DNA of 42,873 nt. Source: an uncultured Alphaproteobacteria bacterium. Lineage in GTDB: Bacteria > Pseudomonadota > Alphaproteobacteria > CAAHEQ01 > UBA3637. The position numbers were made by a program, and so were the translations under genes. The notes beneath the pieces were generated by a model, which saw only the letters and a list, made by a program, of their open reading frames with translations, was not told the origin of the DNA and searched no databases. Below are positions 8,096 through 19,803 of the stretch, piece after piece. The first letter of the stretch is position 1. Every line of letters starts with the position of its first letter. Where the stretch lies: NCBI GenBank assembly GCA_947629595.1, contig CANREI010000001.1:1-42873 (forward strand), written 5' to 3'.

Positions 8096-10147
8096 TTATT
8101 CTGTCGGGTTTTGAGCCTTCTTTTTGGGGCGCTTCGGCTTTAAAATCTTTTTAACAAGCGTTTGAGAAGCAGGTGTTGCATCAGGTGCATCAGATGCGGA
8201 TGCGGCCGCCTTTTCCGTGTCGGACGGCTTGTCGGCACCTTTCTTTCCCGCTTTTTTGTCTTGCGGATTTTTATAAACTTTCCCGAATTTTAAAACCGAT
8301 GCCCGATACGGCACTTTCTTTTTCACTTTTTGATCGCGAATGTTTTTTCCGGCCAATAAATCGTGAATTTCAGTACCGGAAAGCGTTTCATATTCAATCA
8401 ATCCGTTGGCCAAAATATCAAGTTCATTGCGATATTCCGTTAAAATCTGCCGTGTGCGACTATAAGCCGTGTCAATAATGCGACGAATTTCGTTATCAAC
8501 TTTCAGCGCCGTTGAATCCGACATATTTTTCCGCTTGGAAAGACTGTATCCCAAAAAGACTTCTTCTTGCGGTTCATCATAGGCAATCGGACCCAGTTCG
8601 TCACTCATTCCCCATTCGCTCACCATTTTACGGGCAATGGTTGTGGCGACCTGAATATCATTACTGGCGCCCGTGGAAACACCTTCTTTTCCGAGAATCA
8701 TTTCTTCGGCAATGCGTCCGGCAAACAAAATGCTTAACCGTGATTTTAAATATGTCATACTTTGCGAATATTTATCTTTTTCCGGTAATTGCATGGTAAT
8801 GCCCAGAGCCCGCCCGCGCGGAATAATCGTGACTTTGTGCAACGGATCGGATTCCGGTAAATGCAAAGACACAATCGCATGCCCGGCTTCGTGATATGCC
8901 GTCATACGCTTTTCCTGATCGTCCATCACCAGCGACCGCCGTTCGGAACCCATCATCACCTTATCTTTGGCATCTTCAAATTCCGTCATGGTGACCATAC
9001 TTTTATTGCGTCGTGCCGCCAACAAAGCCGCTTCGTTCACCAGATTTGCCAAATCGGCACCCGAAAAGCCGGGCGTGCCGCGCGCGATAACGGCTAAATC
9101 AACATTCGGCGCTTTCGAGATTTTTTTGGCATGAACGTTTAAAATAGCTTCCCGCCCGCGCACATCGGGATTCGATACAACAATTTGTCTGTCGAATCGC
9201 CCGGGACGTAACAGCGCCGGATCCAAAACATCGGGTCTGTTGGTGGCGGCAATTAAAATAATACCAGAGTTTTCTTCAAAACCGTCCATTTCAACCAGTA
9301 ACTGATTCAACGTTTGTTCGCGCTCATCGTTTCCGCCGCCGAGCCCTGCGCCCCGATGACGACCGACGGCATCAATTTCATCAACAAACACAATGCACGG
9401 AGCTGATTTTTTGGCTTGCTCAAACATATCGCGCACCCGCGAAGCACCGACACCCACAAACATTTCCACAAAATCCGACCCGGAAATGCTGAAAAACGGA
9501 ACGCCCGCTTCGCCGGCAATGGCGCGTGCCAATAAAGTTTTACCCGTGCCCGGAGGACCGACCAATAACGCCCCTTTGGGAATTTTTCCGCCCAAACGTT
9601 GAAACTTTTTCGGCGCTTTTAAAAAATCAACAATTTCCTGTAATTCCTGTTTGGCTTCTTCAATGCCGGCAACATCATCAAACGTGACTTTGTCTTTGCC
9701 TTCCATCAGGCGCGCTTTGGATTTGCCGAAACTTAACGCTTTGCCGTTACTGGCCGTCATTTGACGCATCATAATCAGCCACATACCGATGAATAAAATA
9801 ATGGGCAGCCAGGAAATAAGCCCCAATAACCAACCGCTTTCCGTTTCGGGCGGAACGGCGGTGATTTTCACGTTATGTTGTTGCAAAAGCGGAACCAATC
9901 CGGCATCATCGGGCGCATAACTGGTAAATTTTTTCCCCGATTTTAACGTGCCCGACAGCGCATGATCTTGAATTTCAACCGCCTCGATTGTATTTTCCCG
10001 AACGGCAGTCGTAAACTCCGAAAAAGAGAGTTTTTCCTCGGTCAGCGCTTCCGGATTCGGCGTGAAAGAACGCCCGATCAGCATAACGATAAAAACAATC
10101 ATTATCCACGCTAAAAAATTTCGTCCCGTTTTATTTTTTTTCTTCAT
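8096..10147 (-). CDS. ftsH: ATP-dependent zinc metalloprotease FtsH
   Basis: [11 protein letters not shown] Walker A, VFVDEIDA Walker B, HEAGHA zinc site and two N-terminal TM helices. ATGA overlap with the tilS stop. Carries a roughly 70-aa K/A/P-rich C-terminal tail. Confidence 0.97.
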   Translation of the reverse strand: MKKKNKTGRNFLAWIMIVFIVMLIGRSFTPNPEALTEEKLSFSEFTTAVRENTIEAVEIQDHALSGTLKSGKKFTSYAPDDAGLVPLLQQHNVKITAVPPETESGWLLGLISWLPIILFIGMWLIMMRQMTASNGKALSFGKSKARLMEGKDKVTFDDVAGIEEAKQELQEIVDFLKAPKKFQRLGGKIPKGALLVGPPGTGKTLLARAIAGEAGVPFFSISGSDFVEMFVGVGASRVRDMFEQAKKSAPCIVFVDEIDAVGRHRGAGLGGGNDEREQTLNQLLVEMDGFEENSGIILIAATNRPDVLDPALLRPGRFDRQIVVSNPDVRGREAILNVHAKKISKAPNVDLAVIARGTPGFSGADLANLVNEAALLAARRNKSMVTMTEFEDAKDKVMMGSERRSLVMDDQEKRMTAYHEAGHAIVSLHLPESDPLHKVTIIPRGRALGITMQLPEKDKYSQSMTYLKSRLSILFAGRIAEEMILGKEGVSTGASNDIQVATTIARKMVSEWGMSDELGPIAYDEPQEEVFLGYSLSKRKNMSDSTALKVDNEIRRIIDTAYSRTRQILTEYRNELDILANGLIEYETLSGTEIHDLLAGKNIRDQKVKKKVPYRASVLKFGKVYKNPQDKKAGKKGADKPSDTEKAAASASDAPDATPASQTLVKKILKPKRPKKKAQNPTE

Positions 10148-11370
10148 AAACTTTTATCCCCGTTTTTTCCGATGAATTCGATTTGAACAAATGAATCGTT
10201 TTTTTCCTTATAGTCAATTTGTGTGATTTTTTCAAGCATTTTTTGCATAAACACGGCAGGAAATGTATTTTGTACCGCTGCCGGTACGGTTGATATTTTT
10301 TTTTGCGGCGCGCCTGCCCGAATAAAACCGTCGATAAAGGGCGTGACGATAAATCTGTCCCACCGAAAGGGTGTGCCGGCTTTAAATGCTTTTTCACCGG
10401 CCATTTTGCGCCTTTCCCGACAAATGTAAAGCCCCGTTTTGTGCGGTTTTAACTGACATCCGCCCAACGTTTTGTCGCACGGCAAGTCGGCGCACAGATT
10501 TTCCAATGCTTTTAAAGAAATAAAATGAGTACTCTGACTGATGCACAAAATAAGTTGATGCAAAACGCGCAGTTGAATTTCATCGGGTGTTTGACGCCAT
10601 AATTCAACGGGCAGACGCGCAAAGCCGCGAAAGTCAATCCACACGTTTTGTCGAATAAAATCCAGCGTGTATTTTTCCAAAGCTTCATCGGCACGAGATA
10701 ATCTACGCATACTTTCACAAACGGCCGATGCCCGAATACCGGCGGTTTCCAACGTGGGGAAAAAATGCCGCCATTTCACGCGTTCGAATCGCTCATCGTG
10801 ATTCATTTGATCTTCCGCCCACGCAATTTTTTGCTTTTGAAGCGCCATTGTTAAATCACTTTTCGGCACAAATAAAAACGGCCGACATAAACACAAATGC
10901 TTGTGTTGTGATAGGAAGCGCATACCGCTTAATCCCTTCACACCGCTGCTTTTTGAGAGGCGTAATAAAAACGTTTCGCTCTGATCGCCCGCATGATGCG
11001 CCAAAAACAGGTGTGAAATTTTATGTTCTTCGCAAAAGGTGCTCATCAATTGATAACGCACCTGTCGCGCATAAGATTCAATATTTGTTTCGGGAACGGG
11101 CAGATGATTGAATAAAATATGATGCGAAATGCCTTTTTGCGTTAAAAATGCGTGCAAATTTTGTGCTTCTTGTTCGGCTTCTTTGCGCAGGTTGTGTTGA
11201 ACGGTGAGTGCCGTTAAAGAAAGATGATGTTCTTTCGCCCAGCGCGCCAAAAAAAGCGTGAGACATAAACTGTCGGCTCCGCCCGAAACACCCACGGCAA
11301 TGCGCGCGCCCGATGCAAGAGAAAACGGCGTCATCAATGTTTCAAATCGATGAAAAGAAAGCGCCGTCAT
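10144..11370 (-). CDS. tilS: tRNA(Ile)-lysidine synthase
   Basis: PP-loop [11 protein letters not shown] and a position between cpoB and ftsH. Confidence 0.9.
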   Translation of the reverse strand: MTALSFHRFETLMTPFSLASGARIAVGVSGGADSLCLTLFLARWAKEHHLSLTALTVQHNLRKEAEQEAQNLHAFLTQKGISHHILFNHLPVPETNIESYARQVRYQLMSTFCEEHKISHLFLAHHAGDQSETFLLRLSKSSGVKGLSGMRFLSQHKHLCLCRPFLFVPKSDLTMALQKQKIAWAEDQMNHDERFERVKWRHFFPTLETAGIRASAVCESMRRLSRADEALEKYTLDFIRQNVWIDFRGFARLPVELWRQTPDEIQLRVLHQLILCISQSTHFISLKALENLCADLPCDKTLGGCQLKPHKTGLYICRERRKMAGEKAFKAGTPFRWDRFIVTPFIDGFIRAGAPQKKISTVPAAVQNTFPAVFMQKMLEKITQIDYKEKNDSFVQIEFIGKNGDKSL

Positions 11371-11385
11371 TTTTGAAAAAACTCC

Positions 11386-12180
11386 TTATTTACACGATAA
11401 TTTTTTGGCTTCCGCTTTGGCGCGGTCTTTGAGCGTTTGTGCCGCTTTCGGAAATTCTTTCGGCAGAGAAGTAAATGCTGTGCAGGCATCGGCTTTTCTT
11501 TTGAGCGCACTCATGCTGAGCCCGAGTTTCAGTAAATTATCGGGCGCTTTCGAGTTGTTTTTATATTTTGTAAATCCGTCGGCAAAAATACCGACCGCCT
11601 GCTCATATTGCTTGCGGGCGTAATAAGTTTCGCCGAGCCAATAATTGGCATTGCCCGCCAAAGACGAGGACGGATATTTTTTCATAAAGGCAGTGAAAGC
11701 GCTTTCCGCCGTTTTATAATCACCTTTCTTTAAGGCATTATAGGCTTTATCATATTCGGCCTGAACGGTAGCGGCATCGGCTTTCGGCGCGGATGCGTTT
11801 TTGGCAGAAGCGGAAGTTGTTCCTTTCTTTTCGGAGAGATTGAAACGCATATCAATATCGGCATTCATTTGAGTGATTTTGTCTTCCAATTGTTTTTGTT
11901 TAAATTCCAGCGTTTCAATTTTGGCGGTTAAGGCGCGAACGGTGGCTTCCTGTTCGTTGAGTTGCGTATATAAACCGTCGAGCGAGGCGGTGGAGGAAGC
12001 GGCAAGCGTTCCGGCGCCCGAAGCGGACGAGCCGTAAGAACGGCGTTGCAAAGCCATTACGTCTTTTTCCAACCGTTCCACTTTATCATACAACATATCG
12101 GTTTGCGTGTCGCTTGCGGCAAAAGTCGGCGTGCAAAAAGTTAAAAACCCCAAACACAGAAGCAGATTTTTTTGTTTCAT
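11386..12180 (-). CDS. cpoB: Tol-Pal system protein / cell division coordinator CpoB (YbgF)
   Basis: Signal peptide, a coiled-coil segment, then TPR-like YNALKKGDYKTAESAF...YWLGETYYARKQYEQA. Confidence 0.85.
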   Translation of the reverse strand: MKQKNLLLCLGFLTFCTPTFAASDTQTDMLYDKVERLEKDVMALQRRSYGSSASGAGTLAASSTASLDGLYTQLNEQEATVRALTAKIETLEFKQKQLEDKITQMNADIDMRFNLSEKKGTTSASAKNASAPKADAATVQAEYDKAYNALKKGDYKTAESAFTAFMKKYPSSSLAGNANYWLGETYYARKQYEQAVGIFADGFTKYKNNSKAPDNLLKLGLSMSALKRKADACTAFTSLPKEFPKAAQTLKDRAKAEAKKLSCK

Positions 12181-12316
12181 TTTTTCCTCACTTTAAAGAC
12201 TGATATTTTTTCTTATAAAAGACTATTTTTCATCAATTGTCAAATAAAAAAAAGGGGCGATTTTATAAAAAAGCAAGCGGCTTTTCTTTCTTTGGAATAA
12301 ACACAAAGAAAAAGGC

Positions 12317-12345
12317 TTGAAATTGTGGTGAATAAGGCGTATAAT
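12317..12345 (+). promoter_or_regulatory. Sigma70-like promoter candidate for uvrA
   Basis: TTGAAA (12317-12322), 17 nt spacer, TATAAT (12340-12345); 30 nt upstream of the ATG. Confidence 0.6.
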
Positions 12346-12374
12346 GCCGACACACACGGAAAAGAGGAAACAAA

Positions 12375-15164
12375 ATGCAAAATTTTATTCGAATCAGAGG
12401 CGCCCGCGAGCATAATTTAAAAAATATTGATGCGGATATTCCCCGCGATAAACTGGTGGTAATTACGGGTTTATCGGGATCGGGCAAATCATCGCTGGCG
12501 TTTGATACCGTTTATGCCGAAGGACAGCGGCGATATGTGGAAAGTTTGTCGGCTTATGCCCGTCAGTTTTTGGATTTAATGAAAAAGCCCGATGTCGATT
12601 TAATTGAGGGCTTATCGCCTGCCATTTCCATTGAGCAGAAAACAACGTCTAAAAATCCGCGTTCAACGGTGGGAACGGTTACGGAAATTTACGATTATAT
12701 GCGCTTATTGTGGGCGCGCGTGGGAATACCTTATTCGCCGGCAACCGGTTTACCCATTGAAGCGCAAACCGTTCAACAAATGCGCGATATTATTTTAAAA
12801 TACCCCGAGGGGAGTAAAATTTTAATCTGTGCGCCGGTAATTCGCGGGCGAAAAGGCGAATATAAAAAAGAATTGGCGGAATGGCAGAAAAAAGGCTTTG
12901 TTCGGGTTAAAATTGACGGTGAAGTTTATGATATCGATTCAACGCCGGAGCTGGCAAAAACAAAAAAACACGATATTTTTGTGGTGGTAGATCGGCTGGT
13001 TGTTAAAGAGGGTATCGACTCCCGCGTGGCCGAATCGTTGGAAAAAGCGTTGGAATTGGCTGACGGGTTGGCGTTGGTCGATAACTTAACAACAAAATCG
13101 GAACAGCTGTTTTCGGAAAAATTTGCGTGTCCCGTGAGCGGTTTTACCATTGCCGATTTGGAACCGCGCCTGTTTTCGTTTAACAATCCGCAAGGTGCGT
13201 GTCCGCAATGCGCCGGTTTGGGCTTTAAGCAATATGTTGATCCGAAACTGGTTATTCCCGATCCGACAAAGTCCGTGCGTCAGGGTGCCATTGCGCCGTG
13301 GGTCGGCATGGGCGGGGAAATGTTCCATTGGTACGACAGTGCCTTACGCTCGTTGGTGCGTATGGTTAAGTTTGATATGGATATGCCGTGGTGTCAATTG
13401 CCCGAAGTGACCCGACAGGCCATTTTATACGGTACCAAAGGAATGTATCAGTCGTTTGAGGGCGTTATTCCCAATATGGAACGGCGCTATTTGGAAACGG
13501 ATTCCGATTGGATGCGGGAAGAATTGGCAAAATATCAGGCTACTTCCCTGTGTGAGGCTTGTCACGGTGCGCGATTAAGACCTGAGGCGTTGGCGGTGCG
13601 CATTAATGATAAAAATATTTCGCAGGCAACGGAATTATCCATTCAAAAAGCGTTAACGTGGTTTGAAAATGCGGGGCAGACGTTAACCCCCCAAAAGCAG
13701 GAAATTGCCGCGCGCATTTTAAAAGAAATTACCGAACGGTTACGGTTTTTAAATAATGTGGGTTTGGGATATTTGGCACTCGATCGAATGAGCGGAACGC
13801 TTTCGGGCGGAGAAGCGCAACGGATTCGGCTGGCCAGTCAAATCGGATCGGGTTTAACGGGCGTTTTATATGTGTTGGACGAGCCGTCCATCGGCCTGCA
13901 TCAGCGCGATAACGATAAATTGTTGGCAACACTCACGCATTTAAGAGATTTAGGCAATACCGTTATTGTAGTTGAGCATGATGAAGATGCCATTCGTGCC
14001 GCCGATTATGTGTTTGATATCGGGCCGGCTGCCGGGCGTCGGGGCGGATATGTTGTTGCCAAAGGAACGCCCAAGGAAATTATGGATAATCCCATTTCCA
14101 CAACCGGGCAATATTTATCCGGTATGCGTAAAATTATCGTGCCGAAAATCAGGCGCGCGGGAAACGGTAAATTTTTAACGCTGGAAGGGGCAACCGCCAA
14201 TAATTTAAAAGATGTGACCGTTAAAATTCCGTTGGGAACGTTTACCTGTGTGACGGGCGTGAGCGGCAGCGGAAAATCCTCCCTGATTTTGGAAACGTTG
14301 TATAAAGGTCTGAACGGCATTATTAACCGATCTCACGAAAAAGCAGGGCCGTTTCGTGCCATTCACGGTGCAGGATACATTGATAAAATTATTGATATTG
14401 ATCAAAGCCCCATCGGGCGAACGCCGCGCTCTAATCCGGCAACCTATACGGGAATGTTTACGGGTATTCGGGAATGGTTTGCCAAGCTGCCCGAAGCCCA
14501 AGCGCGCGGCTATAAAGCCGGCCGATTTTCGTTTAACGTGAAAGGCGGGCGATGCGAATCGTGCTGCGGCGACGGCGTTTTGAAAATTGAAATGCATTTT
14601 CTGCCCGATGTTTATGTGCAGTGTGATGCGTGTAAAGGAAAACGATATAATACCGAAACGCTGGCGGTGAAATACAAAGATAAATCCATCGCCGATGTGT
14701 TGGAAATGACGGTTGATGAAGCGGCGGAATTTTTTAAAAACATTCCGGCGTTGAAAGATAAATGTCGCTTATTGCAACAAGTCGGATTGGGCTATATTTC
14801 TTTGGGGCAATCGGCGGTAACGCTTTCGGGCGGAGAAGCGCAACGCATTAAACTCAGTAAAGAGCTTTCCAAGCGCGGCACGGGGAAAACATTGTATATT
14901 TTAGATGAACCCACGACGGGATTGCATTTTGCCGATATTCAAAAACTGCTTGATGTGTTGCATGCGTTGGTGGAGCAGGGCAATACGGTAGTGGTGATTG
15001 AGCATAATCTTGATGTGATTAAAACGGCGGATTATATTATTGATATGGGGCCGGAAGGCGGTGACGGCGGCGGAACGGTTGTGGCTAAAGGAACACCCGA
15101 AGAAGTTGCCAAAGTTTCAAAAAGCTATACGGGACAGTATTTGAAAAAAATATTAAAGCGCTGA
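12375..15164 (+). CDS. uvrA: Excinuclease ABC subunit A
   Basis: [14 protein letters not shown], two ABC modules ([18 protein letters not shown]), LSGGEAQRI present twice, and zinc-finger Cys clusters. Confidence 0.98.
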   Translation: MQNFIRIRGAREHNLKNIDADIPRDKLVVITGLSGSGKSSLAFDTVYAEGQRRYVESLSAYARQFLDLMKKPDVDLIEGLSPAISIEQKTTSKNPRSTVGTVTEIYDYMRLLWARVGIPYSPATGLPIEAQTVQQMRDIILKYPEGSKILICAPVIRGRKGEYKKELAEWQKKGFVRVKIDGEVYDIDSTPELAKTKKHDIFVVVDRLVVKEGIDSRVAESLEKALELADGLALVDNLTTKSEQLFSEKFACPVSGFTIADLEPRLFSFNNPQGACPQCAGLGFKQYVDPKLVIPDPTKSVRQGAIAPWVGMGGEMFHWYDSALRSLVRMVKFDMDMPWCQLPEVTRQAILYGTKGMYQSFEGVIPNMERRYLETDSDWMREELAKYQATSLCEACHGARLRPEALAVRINDKNISQATELSIQKALTWFENAGQTLTPQKQEIAARILKEITERLRFLNNVGLGYLALDRMSGTLSGGEAQRIRLASQIGSGLTGVLYVLDEPSIGLHQRDNDKLLATLTHLRDLGNTVIVVEHDEDAIRAADYVFDIGPAAGRRGGYVVAKGTPKEIMDNPISTTGQYLSGMRKIIVPKIRRAGNGKFLTLEGATANNLKDVTVKIPLGTFTCVTGVSGSGKSSLILETLYKGLNGIINRSHEKAGPFRAIHGAGYIDKIIDIDQSPIGRTPRSNPATYTGMFTGIREWFAKLPEAQARGYKAGRFSFNVKGGRCESCCGDGVLKIEMHFLPDVYVQCDACKGKRYNTETLAVKYKDKSIADVLEMTVDEAAEFFKNIPALKDKCRLLQQVGLGYISLGQSAVTLSGGEAQRIKLSKELSKRGTGKTLYILDEPTTGLHFADIQKLLDVLHALVEQGNTVVVIEHNLDVIKTADYIIDMGPEGGDGGGTVVAKGTPEEVAKVSKSYTGQYLKKILKR

Positions 15165-15298
15165 TTTATTGTTTCGATGCGAAAAAGGCTGTTGTTTCTT
15201 GACGGAATTTTTTTTAAACCGCAGCGAAAAATTTTAAAATCAAACTTTCGAGTCGTTCAAGAAAAAAAACGGCAAAAACAGTGTGAAAACAAGCTTAA

Positions 15299-16951
15299 CT
15301 ATTCCATTTCCGACGATGTTTTTCCTTTAATCACAATTTTTACCGGACGACCTTTATCAACGCTTGAAGAATCGGTTGATGAATCATTGGGTACCGATGA
15401 GCCGGAATTTCCCAGTGTTGAGCCGTTGCCCGTTCCCGTATTTGAGTTGGTTTCCGTATTTGTTGCGGGTTGATTGCTTTGTGTGTTTAATGCTTCCGTT
15501 AAGCTTGATACTTTTGAATTTAAGCTTGACACTTGATTTGCCAGAGCGGAAGCTTCCGCTTGGGCTTCTTTTGTTTTATTTTTTTGCCTTTTGACAAGCC
15601 AGAATCCAATACCCAATGCCCCCAGTCCGCCGGCAATCAGCGCAAGAATATCCCAGTTGCGACTCCACCAGCTGCCTTGTTCCTTGACAGCTATTGCCGT
15701 TTGAAGAGATTTATTGTTGTCAAGTTGCGAAGCATCGACAGTTACGGGCGCGTTGGTTGAATTTTGCGTTTCTTCGGTAATTTTTTGACGAATGGCACTT
15801 AAATTCTGATTTAAGTTTTGAAGATTTGCCGGTGTGGTTGTAACTTGCCCTTTCTTCCCTTTAACGGTTAGAGACTGATTTACGTCTTTTTGAGAAAAAT
15901 CAATATTTTTTAACTGGATATCTTTTGTTTGGGTTGCATCTTCTTTTTGCTGCTTTTCTTTTTTCTTTTGATCTTCTTTTTGACGTTTTTCTTCTTCCAG
16001 TTGTTCCTTTCTCTGTTGTCGTTCTTCTTTTAATTGTTCTTTTCTCTGTTGCTGTTCTCTTCTCAATTCTTCCTTTTTCAGTTGCTGTTCTTCTTTTAGT
16101 TGTTCTTTTCTCTGTTGTTCTTCTTTTTTCCGCTCTTCGTTTTTTCTGCGCTCTTCATCTTTTTGCCGTTGTTCTTCGTTTTTTCGAGCATTTTCCTGTT
16201 CTTTTTGTCGCTCTTCATTTTCATTTATTTTGATGGGTTCCCATTCTTGTTGTCGTGATTGCGTATTTATATTTTCTTGTTGTCTTTGTAAGGTTTTGCC
16301 GTCTAATTCATTTTGTACTTGTTTCAACAACGTCGGGCCGCGTTTATCCGTATAAGTGAAATTACCGCCGTTTTGAATTTTAAACCCGGTATAAGCTCCG
16401 GCAGCAGCGCCGACGAGACCGCAGGTAGCTATACCTACAGGTCCGCCGACAAGACCCAGTTTTGCACCACCGACTGCTCCGGTTAGCGCACCGGCGATTG
16501 CTCCTGCGGCGGCACCGCCCCCTTGTACTTCTTGATCTAATTGCGGCTCTTCATTTGCAAAAGATTGTTTATATGTCGGATTTGTTGACATCATAATTTG
16601 ATCGGCAACGAAAGTTTCTTCGGAAGAGGCGTTTTGATAAAGCTGATTACAATAATTGACAACATGTTGTTGTTGGTCTTTTGTTAATTGCTCCCAAGGC
16701 TTAATCATGGCAGATTTTCCGTTTTCACCTTCTCTGATTAAAGCATTATGGAACGCTGTTTCATTTGAAGTATAAAAATCGTGATCACTCCAAGGAAGCC
16801 AGCCGCTTAATTTGCCAAAGCAGGCGCCGCCGTCTAAATTTCTTTCCAAATTGCTTTTTTCGGCGTCGGTTAAATCTTCGCGAAACAAGCCGTAATCATT
16901 GTTTTTTCCGTAAAGGGGTTTTAATAATTCACAACATTTTTTATAATCCAT
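15299..16951 (-). CDS. Hypothetical membrane protein with glycine-zipper segment and long E/K/Q/R-rich low-complexity coil
   Basis: AAGGAG lies 6 nt before the second ATG (16951). Gly-zipper GGGAAAGAIAGALTGAVGGAKLGLVGGPVGIA. A highly charged repeat region of roughly 110 aa. A second TM helix WDILALIAGGLGALGIGFWLV. S/T/N-rich tail. Confidence 0.7.
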   Translation of the reverse strand: MDYKKCCELLKPLYGKNNDYGLFREDLTDAEKSNLERNLDGGACFGKLSGWLPWSDHDFYTSNETAFHNALIREGENGKSAMIKPWEQLTKDQQQHVVNYCNQLYQNASSEETFVADQIMMSTNPTYKQSFANEEPQLDQEVQGGGAAAGAIAGALTGAVGGAKLGLVGGPVGIATCGLVGAAAGAYTGFKIQNGGNFTYTDKRGPTLLKQVQNELDGKTLQRQQENINTQSRQQEWEPIKINENEERQKEQENARKNEEQRQKDEERRKNEERKKEEQQRKEQLKEEQQLKKEELRREQQQRKEQLKEERQQRKEQLEEEKRQKEDQKKKEKQQKEDATQTKDIQLKNIDFSQKDVNQSLTVKGKKGQVTTTPANLQNLNQNLSAIRQKITEETQNSTNAPVTVDASQLDNNKSLQTAIAVKEQGSWWSRNWDILALIAGGLGALGIGFWLVKRQKNKTKEAQAEASALANQVSSLNSKVSSLTEALNTQSNQPATNTETNSNTGTGNGSTLGNSGSSVPNDSSTDSSSVDKGRPVKIVIKGKTSSEME

Positions 16952-17037
16952 TTTTTGCTCCTTCATCGAGATAATAATGAATTATATCATATTTTTGCAA
17001 AAAATACAATCAAAAAGTTTGCGAAAAAAACAAAAGG

Positions 17038-19689
17038 CTATATTTTGGCTTTAACCGCTTTTAACGCCGCTTCCGTTTGGCCAACAAGCGAGCCGCCCGC
17101 CTGTGCCATATCGGGGCGTCCGCCGCCGCCTTTTCCGCCCACAACTTCTGCTGCCGAGCGAACCAAATCAACGGCATTGTATTTGTGCGTTAAATCGGCC
17201 GTGACGCCCGCAACAACGGATACTTTTTCTTCATAATCGGCAATCACGACAATCACGCCGCTTTTAATTTGCTTTTTAAAATCATCAACCAACGGTTTTA
17301 ATTCTTTGGCAGGTGTGTCGTGCAAAATTTTGCCGATAAAACGAACGCCGTTAACGGTTTCAACACCGTTTTGTTCCCGAGAAGCGGAATCACCGCCGCC
17401 CATGGCCACTTGCCGCCGCAATTGCGCCACTTCTTTTTCTAACCGTTTTTTATCTTCCTGTAACGACGTGATTTTGGTTAATGTTTCATTTTCGCCGGTT
17501 GATTTAAGCGTTTCCATTAACGTATGCACAAACTGACTTTGATGCCGCATCAATTGCAAGGCGCTGCGACCGACAACGGCTTCAATTCGGCGCACGCCGG
17601 CCGATACGCCCGATTCGGACACCAGCCGGAATAAGCCGATATCGCCGGTTGCGCGCGCGTGTGTGCCGCCGCATAATTCGCATGAGTGCCGATTTTCGCC
17701 CGTTCCCATGGAAACAACGCGCACCGTTTCGCCGTATTTTTCATCAAACAACGCCATGGCACCTTGGGCAACGGCGGCTTTCGGCGTCATCAACTCGGTG
17801 ATAACGGGAACGTTTGTTAAAATCATTTCATTAACCAACTGTTCCGTTTGCGTGAGTTCTTCGGGCGTCATGGCCTTGTTATAGGTAAAATCAAACCGAA
17901 AACCGGTCGGCATAACAAGTGAGCCTTTCTGATGAACCTGCGGTCCCAACACTTTTTGCAGCGCAGCTTGTAACAAATGTGTTGCCGAGTGATGCGCCCG
18001 AATATCAAACCGACGGGTGGCGTCAATGGAAAATAGCCCTGTATCACCCGTTTTCACCGTTCCCGAAACAACGTGACAAATATGAATAATCAGCGCATTA
18101 TCGGCTTTGCGTTGCGTATCAACAACCTTTAAAAGAGCATTCGAGGTTTTAATTTGGCCCGTATCGCCCACTTGTCCGCCCATTTCTCCGTAAAACGGCG
18201 TTTGATTGGCAATAACAATCACGTCATTGCCGGCAGATGCTTGCGACACCTCCTGATTGTTTTGAATTAAAGCCGTTATGCAAGCTTGCACTTCATCGGA
18301 ATCGTAACCCAAAAATTCCGTCGCACCGACTTTTTCAGCCGTTTGAAAATAAATTTTTTCATCGGCGGCGTCGCCCGATCCCGTCCACGATTTTCGCGCT
18401 TCCGCACGTTGCTTTTCCATCGCTTTGTTAAAGCCCTCCACATCAACGGACATTTTTTTGGAACGCAAAGCATCTTGCGTTAAATCTAACGGGAAACCGT
18501 AAGTGTCGTAAAGCTTAAATGCTACGTCGCCCGAAAGTGAATCGCCTTCTTTTAACGAAACGGTTTCATCGGCCAGCAGTTTCAGGCCTTTATCCAACGT
18601 TTGCTTAAACTTTTCTTCTTCCAGTTGCAACGCCTCCGTAATAATGTGCCGCTGTTGCTCCAATTCGGGATAAGCTTCCCCCATTGTTTCAATAAGATTC
18701 GGCACTAACCGATACATCAGCGGTTCTTTGCACCCGATTAAATGCACATGCCGCATGGCGCGGCGCATAATGCGTCTTAAAACATAGCCGCGGCCTTCAT
18801 TCGAGGGCAAAACACCGTCTGCCAGCAAAAATGACGTAGAGCGCAAGTGATCGGCAATCACGCGTAAGGAGGTTTTATATTCCCCGTACGGTTCCACATG
18901 CGCCAAAGCGGCAGCGTTTTCAATAAGCGATTTAAAAATATCAATTTCATAGTTATCGTTTGTTCCGTGCAAAATGGCGCTTAACCGTTCCAAGCCCGAA
19001 CCGGTATCAATGCACTTTTTGGGAATGGCAATTCTTTCGCCCGACGGTAAATCTTCATATTGATCAAAAACCAAATTCCACACTTCAATAAAGCGATCGC
19101 CGTCTTCCTCCGGTGTGCCGGGTTTCCCGCCCCAATAGCGTTCACCGTGATCGTAAAAAATTTCCGAACACGGCCCGCACGGCCCCGTATCGCCCATTTG
19201 CCAAAAATTATCTTTGGTGGCAATGCGAATAATGTTTTCATCGGACAAACCGGCAATTTTTTTCCATAAGTCAAACGCTTCATCGTCGGTATGATAAACC
19301 GTCACCAACAATTTTGATTGATCCAATCCGATTTCTTTCGTTAACAATTCCCAGGCGTAAAAAATGGCTTTTTCCTTAAAATAATCACCGAAAGAAAAGT
19401 TGCCGATCATTTCAAAAAACGTGTGATGGCGTTTGGTATAACCCACGTTGTCCAAATCGTTATGCTTCCCGCCCGCCCGCACGGATTTTTGAACGGTTGC
19501 CGCCCGCGGAAACGGGGCTTTTTCAGCACCCGTGAAATAATTTTTAAACTGCACCATACCGGAGTTTGTGAACATCAATGTCGGATCGTTTTTCGGCACG
19601 AGCGAGCCGCCCGGCACAATGGTGTGGTCGTTTTTTTTAAAATAATCAATAAATGTGTTGCGTATTTGAGCTGTAATATTTTGACTCAT
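17038..19689 (-). CDS. alaS: Alanine--tRNA ligase
   Basis: Full-length AlaRS motifs (FTNSGMVQFK, HHTFFEMIGNFSFGDYFK, HSATHLL editing domain, C-terminal GGGGRPDMAQAGG). Confidence 0.98.
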   Translation of the reverse strand: MSQNITAQIRNTFIDYFKKNDHTIVPGGSLVPKNDPTLMFTNSGMVQFKNYFTGAEKAPFPRAATVQKSVRAGGKHNDLDNVGYTKRHHTFFEMIGNFSFGDYFKEKAIFYAWELLTKEIGLDQSKLLVTVYHTDDEAFDLWKKIAGLSDENIIRIATKDNFWQMGDTGPCGPCSEIFYDHGERYWGGKPGTPEEDGDRFIEVWNLVFDQYEDLPSGERIAIPKKCIDTGSGLERLSAILHGTNDNYEIDIFKSLIENAAALAHVEPYGEYKTSLRVIADHLRSTSFLLADGVLPSNEGRGYVLRRIMRRAMRHVHLIGCKEPLMYRLVPNLIETMGEAYPELEQQRHIITEALQLEEEKFKQTLDKGLKLLADETVSLKEGDSLSGDVAFKLYDTYGFPLDLTQDALRSKKMSVDVEGFNKAMEKQRAEARKSWTGSGDAADEKIYFQTAEKVGATEFLGYDSDEVQACITALIQNNQEVSQASAGNDVIVIANQTPFYGEMGGQVGDTGQIKTSNALLKVVDTQRKADNALIIHICHVVSGTVKTGDTGLFSIDATRRFDIRAHHSATHLLQAALQKVLGPQVHQKGSLVMPTGFRFDFTYNKAMTPEELTQTEQLVNEMILTNVPVITELMTPKAAVAQGAMALFDEKYGETVRVVSMGTGENRHSCELCGGTHARATGDIGLFRLVSESGVSAGVRRIEAVVGRSALQLMRHQSQFVHTLMETLKSTGENETLTKITSLQEDKKRLEKEVAQLRRQVAMGGGDSASREQNGVETVNGVRFIGKILHDTPAKELKPLVDDFKKQIKSGVIVVIADYEEKVSVVAGVTADLTHKYNAVDLVRSAAEVVGGKGGGGRPDMAQAGGSLVGQTEAALKAVKAKI

Positions 19690-19753
19690 GAAAATCCTCT
19701 GTGTTGTTATTAAAAATTTTTTCTTTTATACATCGTTTTAAAAATTTTTTCAA

Positions 19754-19785
19754 TAAAAAAATCCGGCCGTGAAAGCCGGATTTTT
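19754..19785 (-). terminator. Rho-independent terminator after recA
   Basis: Stem TCCGGC (19762-19767) / GCCGGA (19775-19780). An A8 run on the plus strand gives a U-run on the recA transcript. Confidence 0.7.
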
Positions 19786-19803
19786 ATGAACAGTGAACCG
19801 GCT

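Noticed and set aside
12263-12487. 74-aa minus-strand ORF across the uvrA promoter and start
   Set aside because: It overlaps a near-consensus promoter and the uvrA start on the opposite strand, so it is an artefact.
15925-16233. Periodic-looking DNA that could be mistaken for a CRISPR array or satellite
   Set aside because: It is the low-complexity E/K/Q/R coding repeat of the 15299..16951 gene. It has no repeat-spacer structure, and no CRISPR array is seen anywhere in the window.
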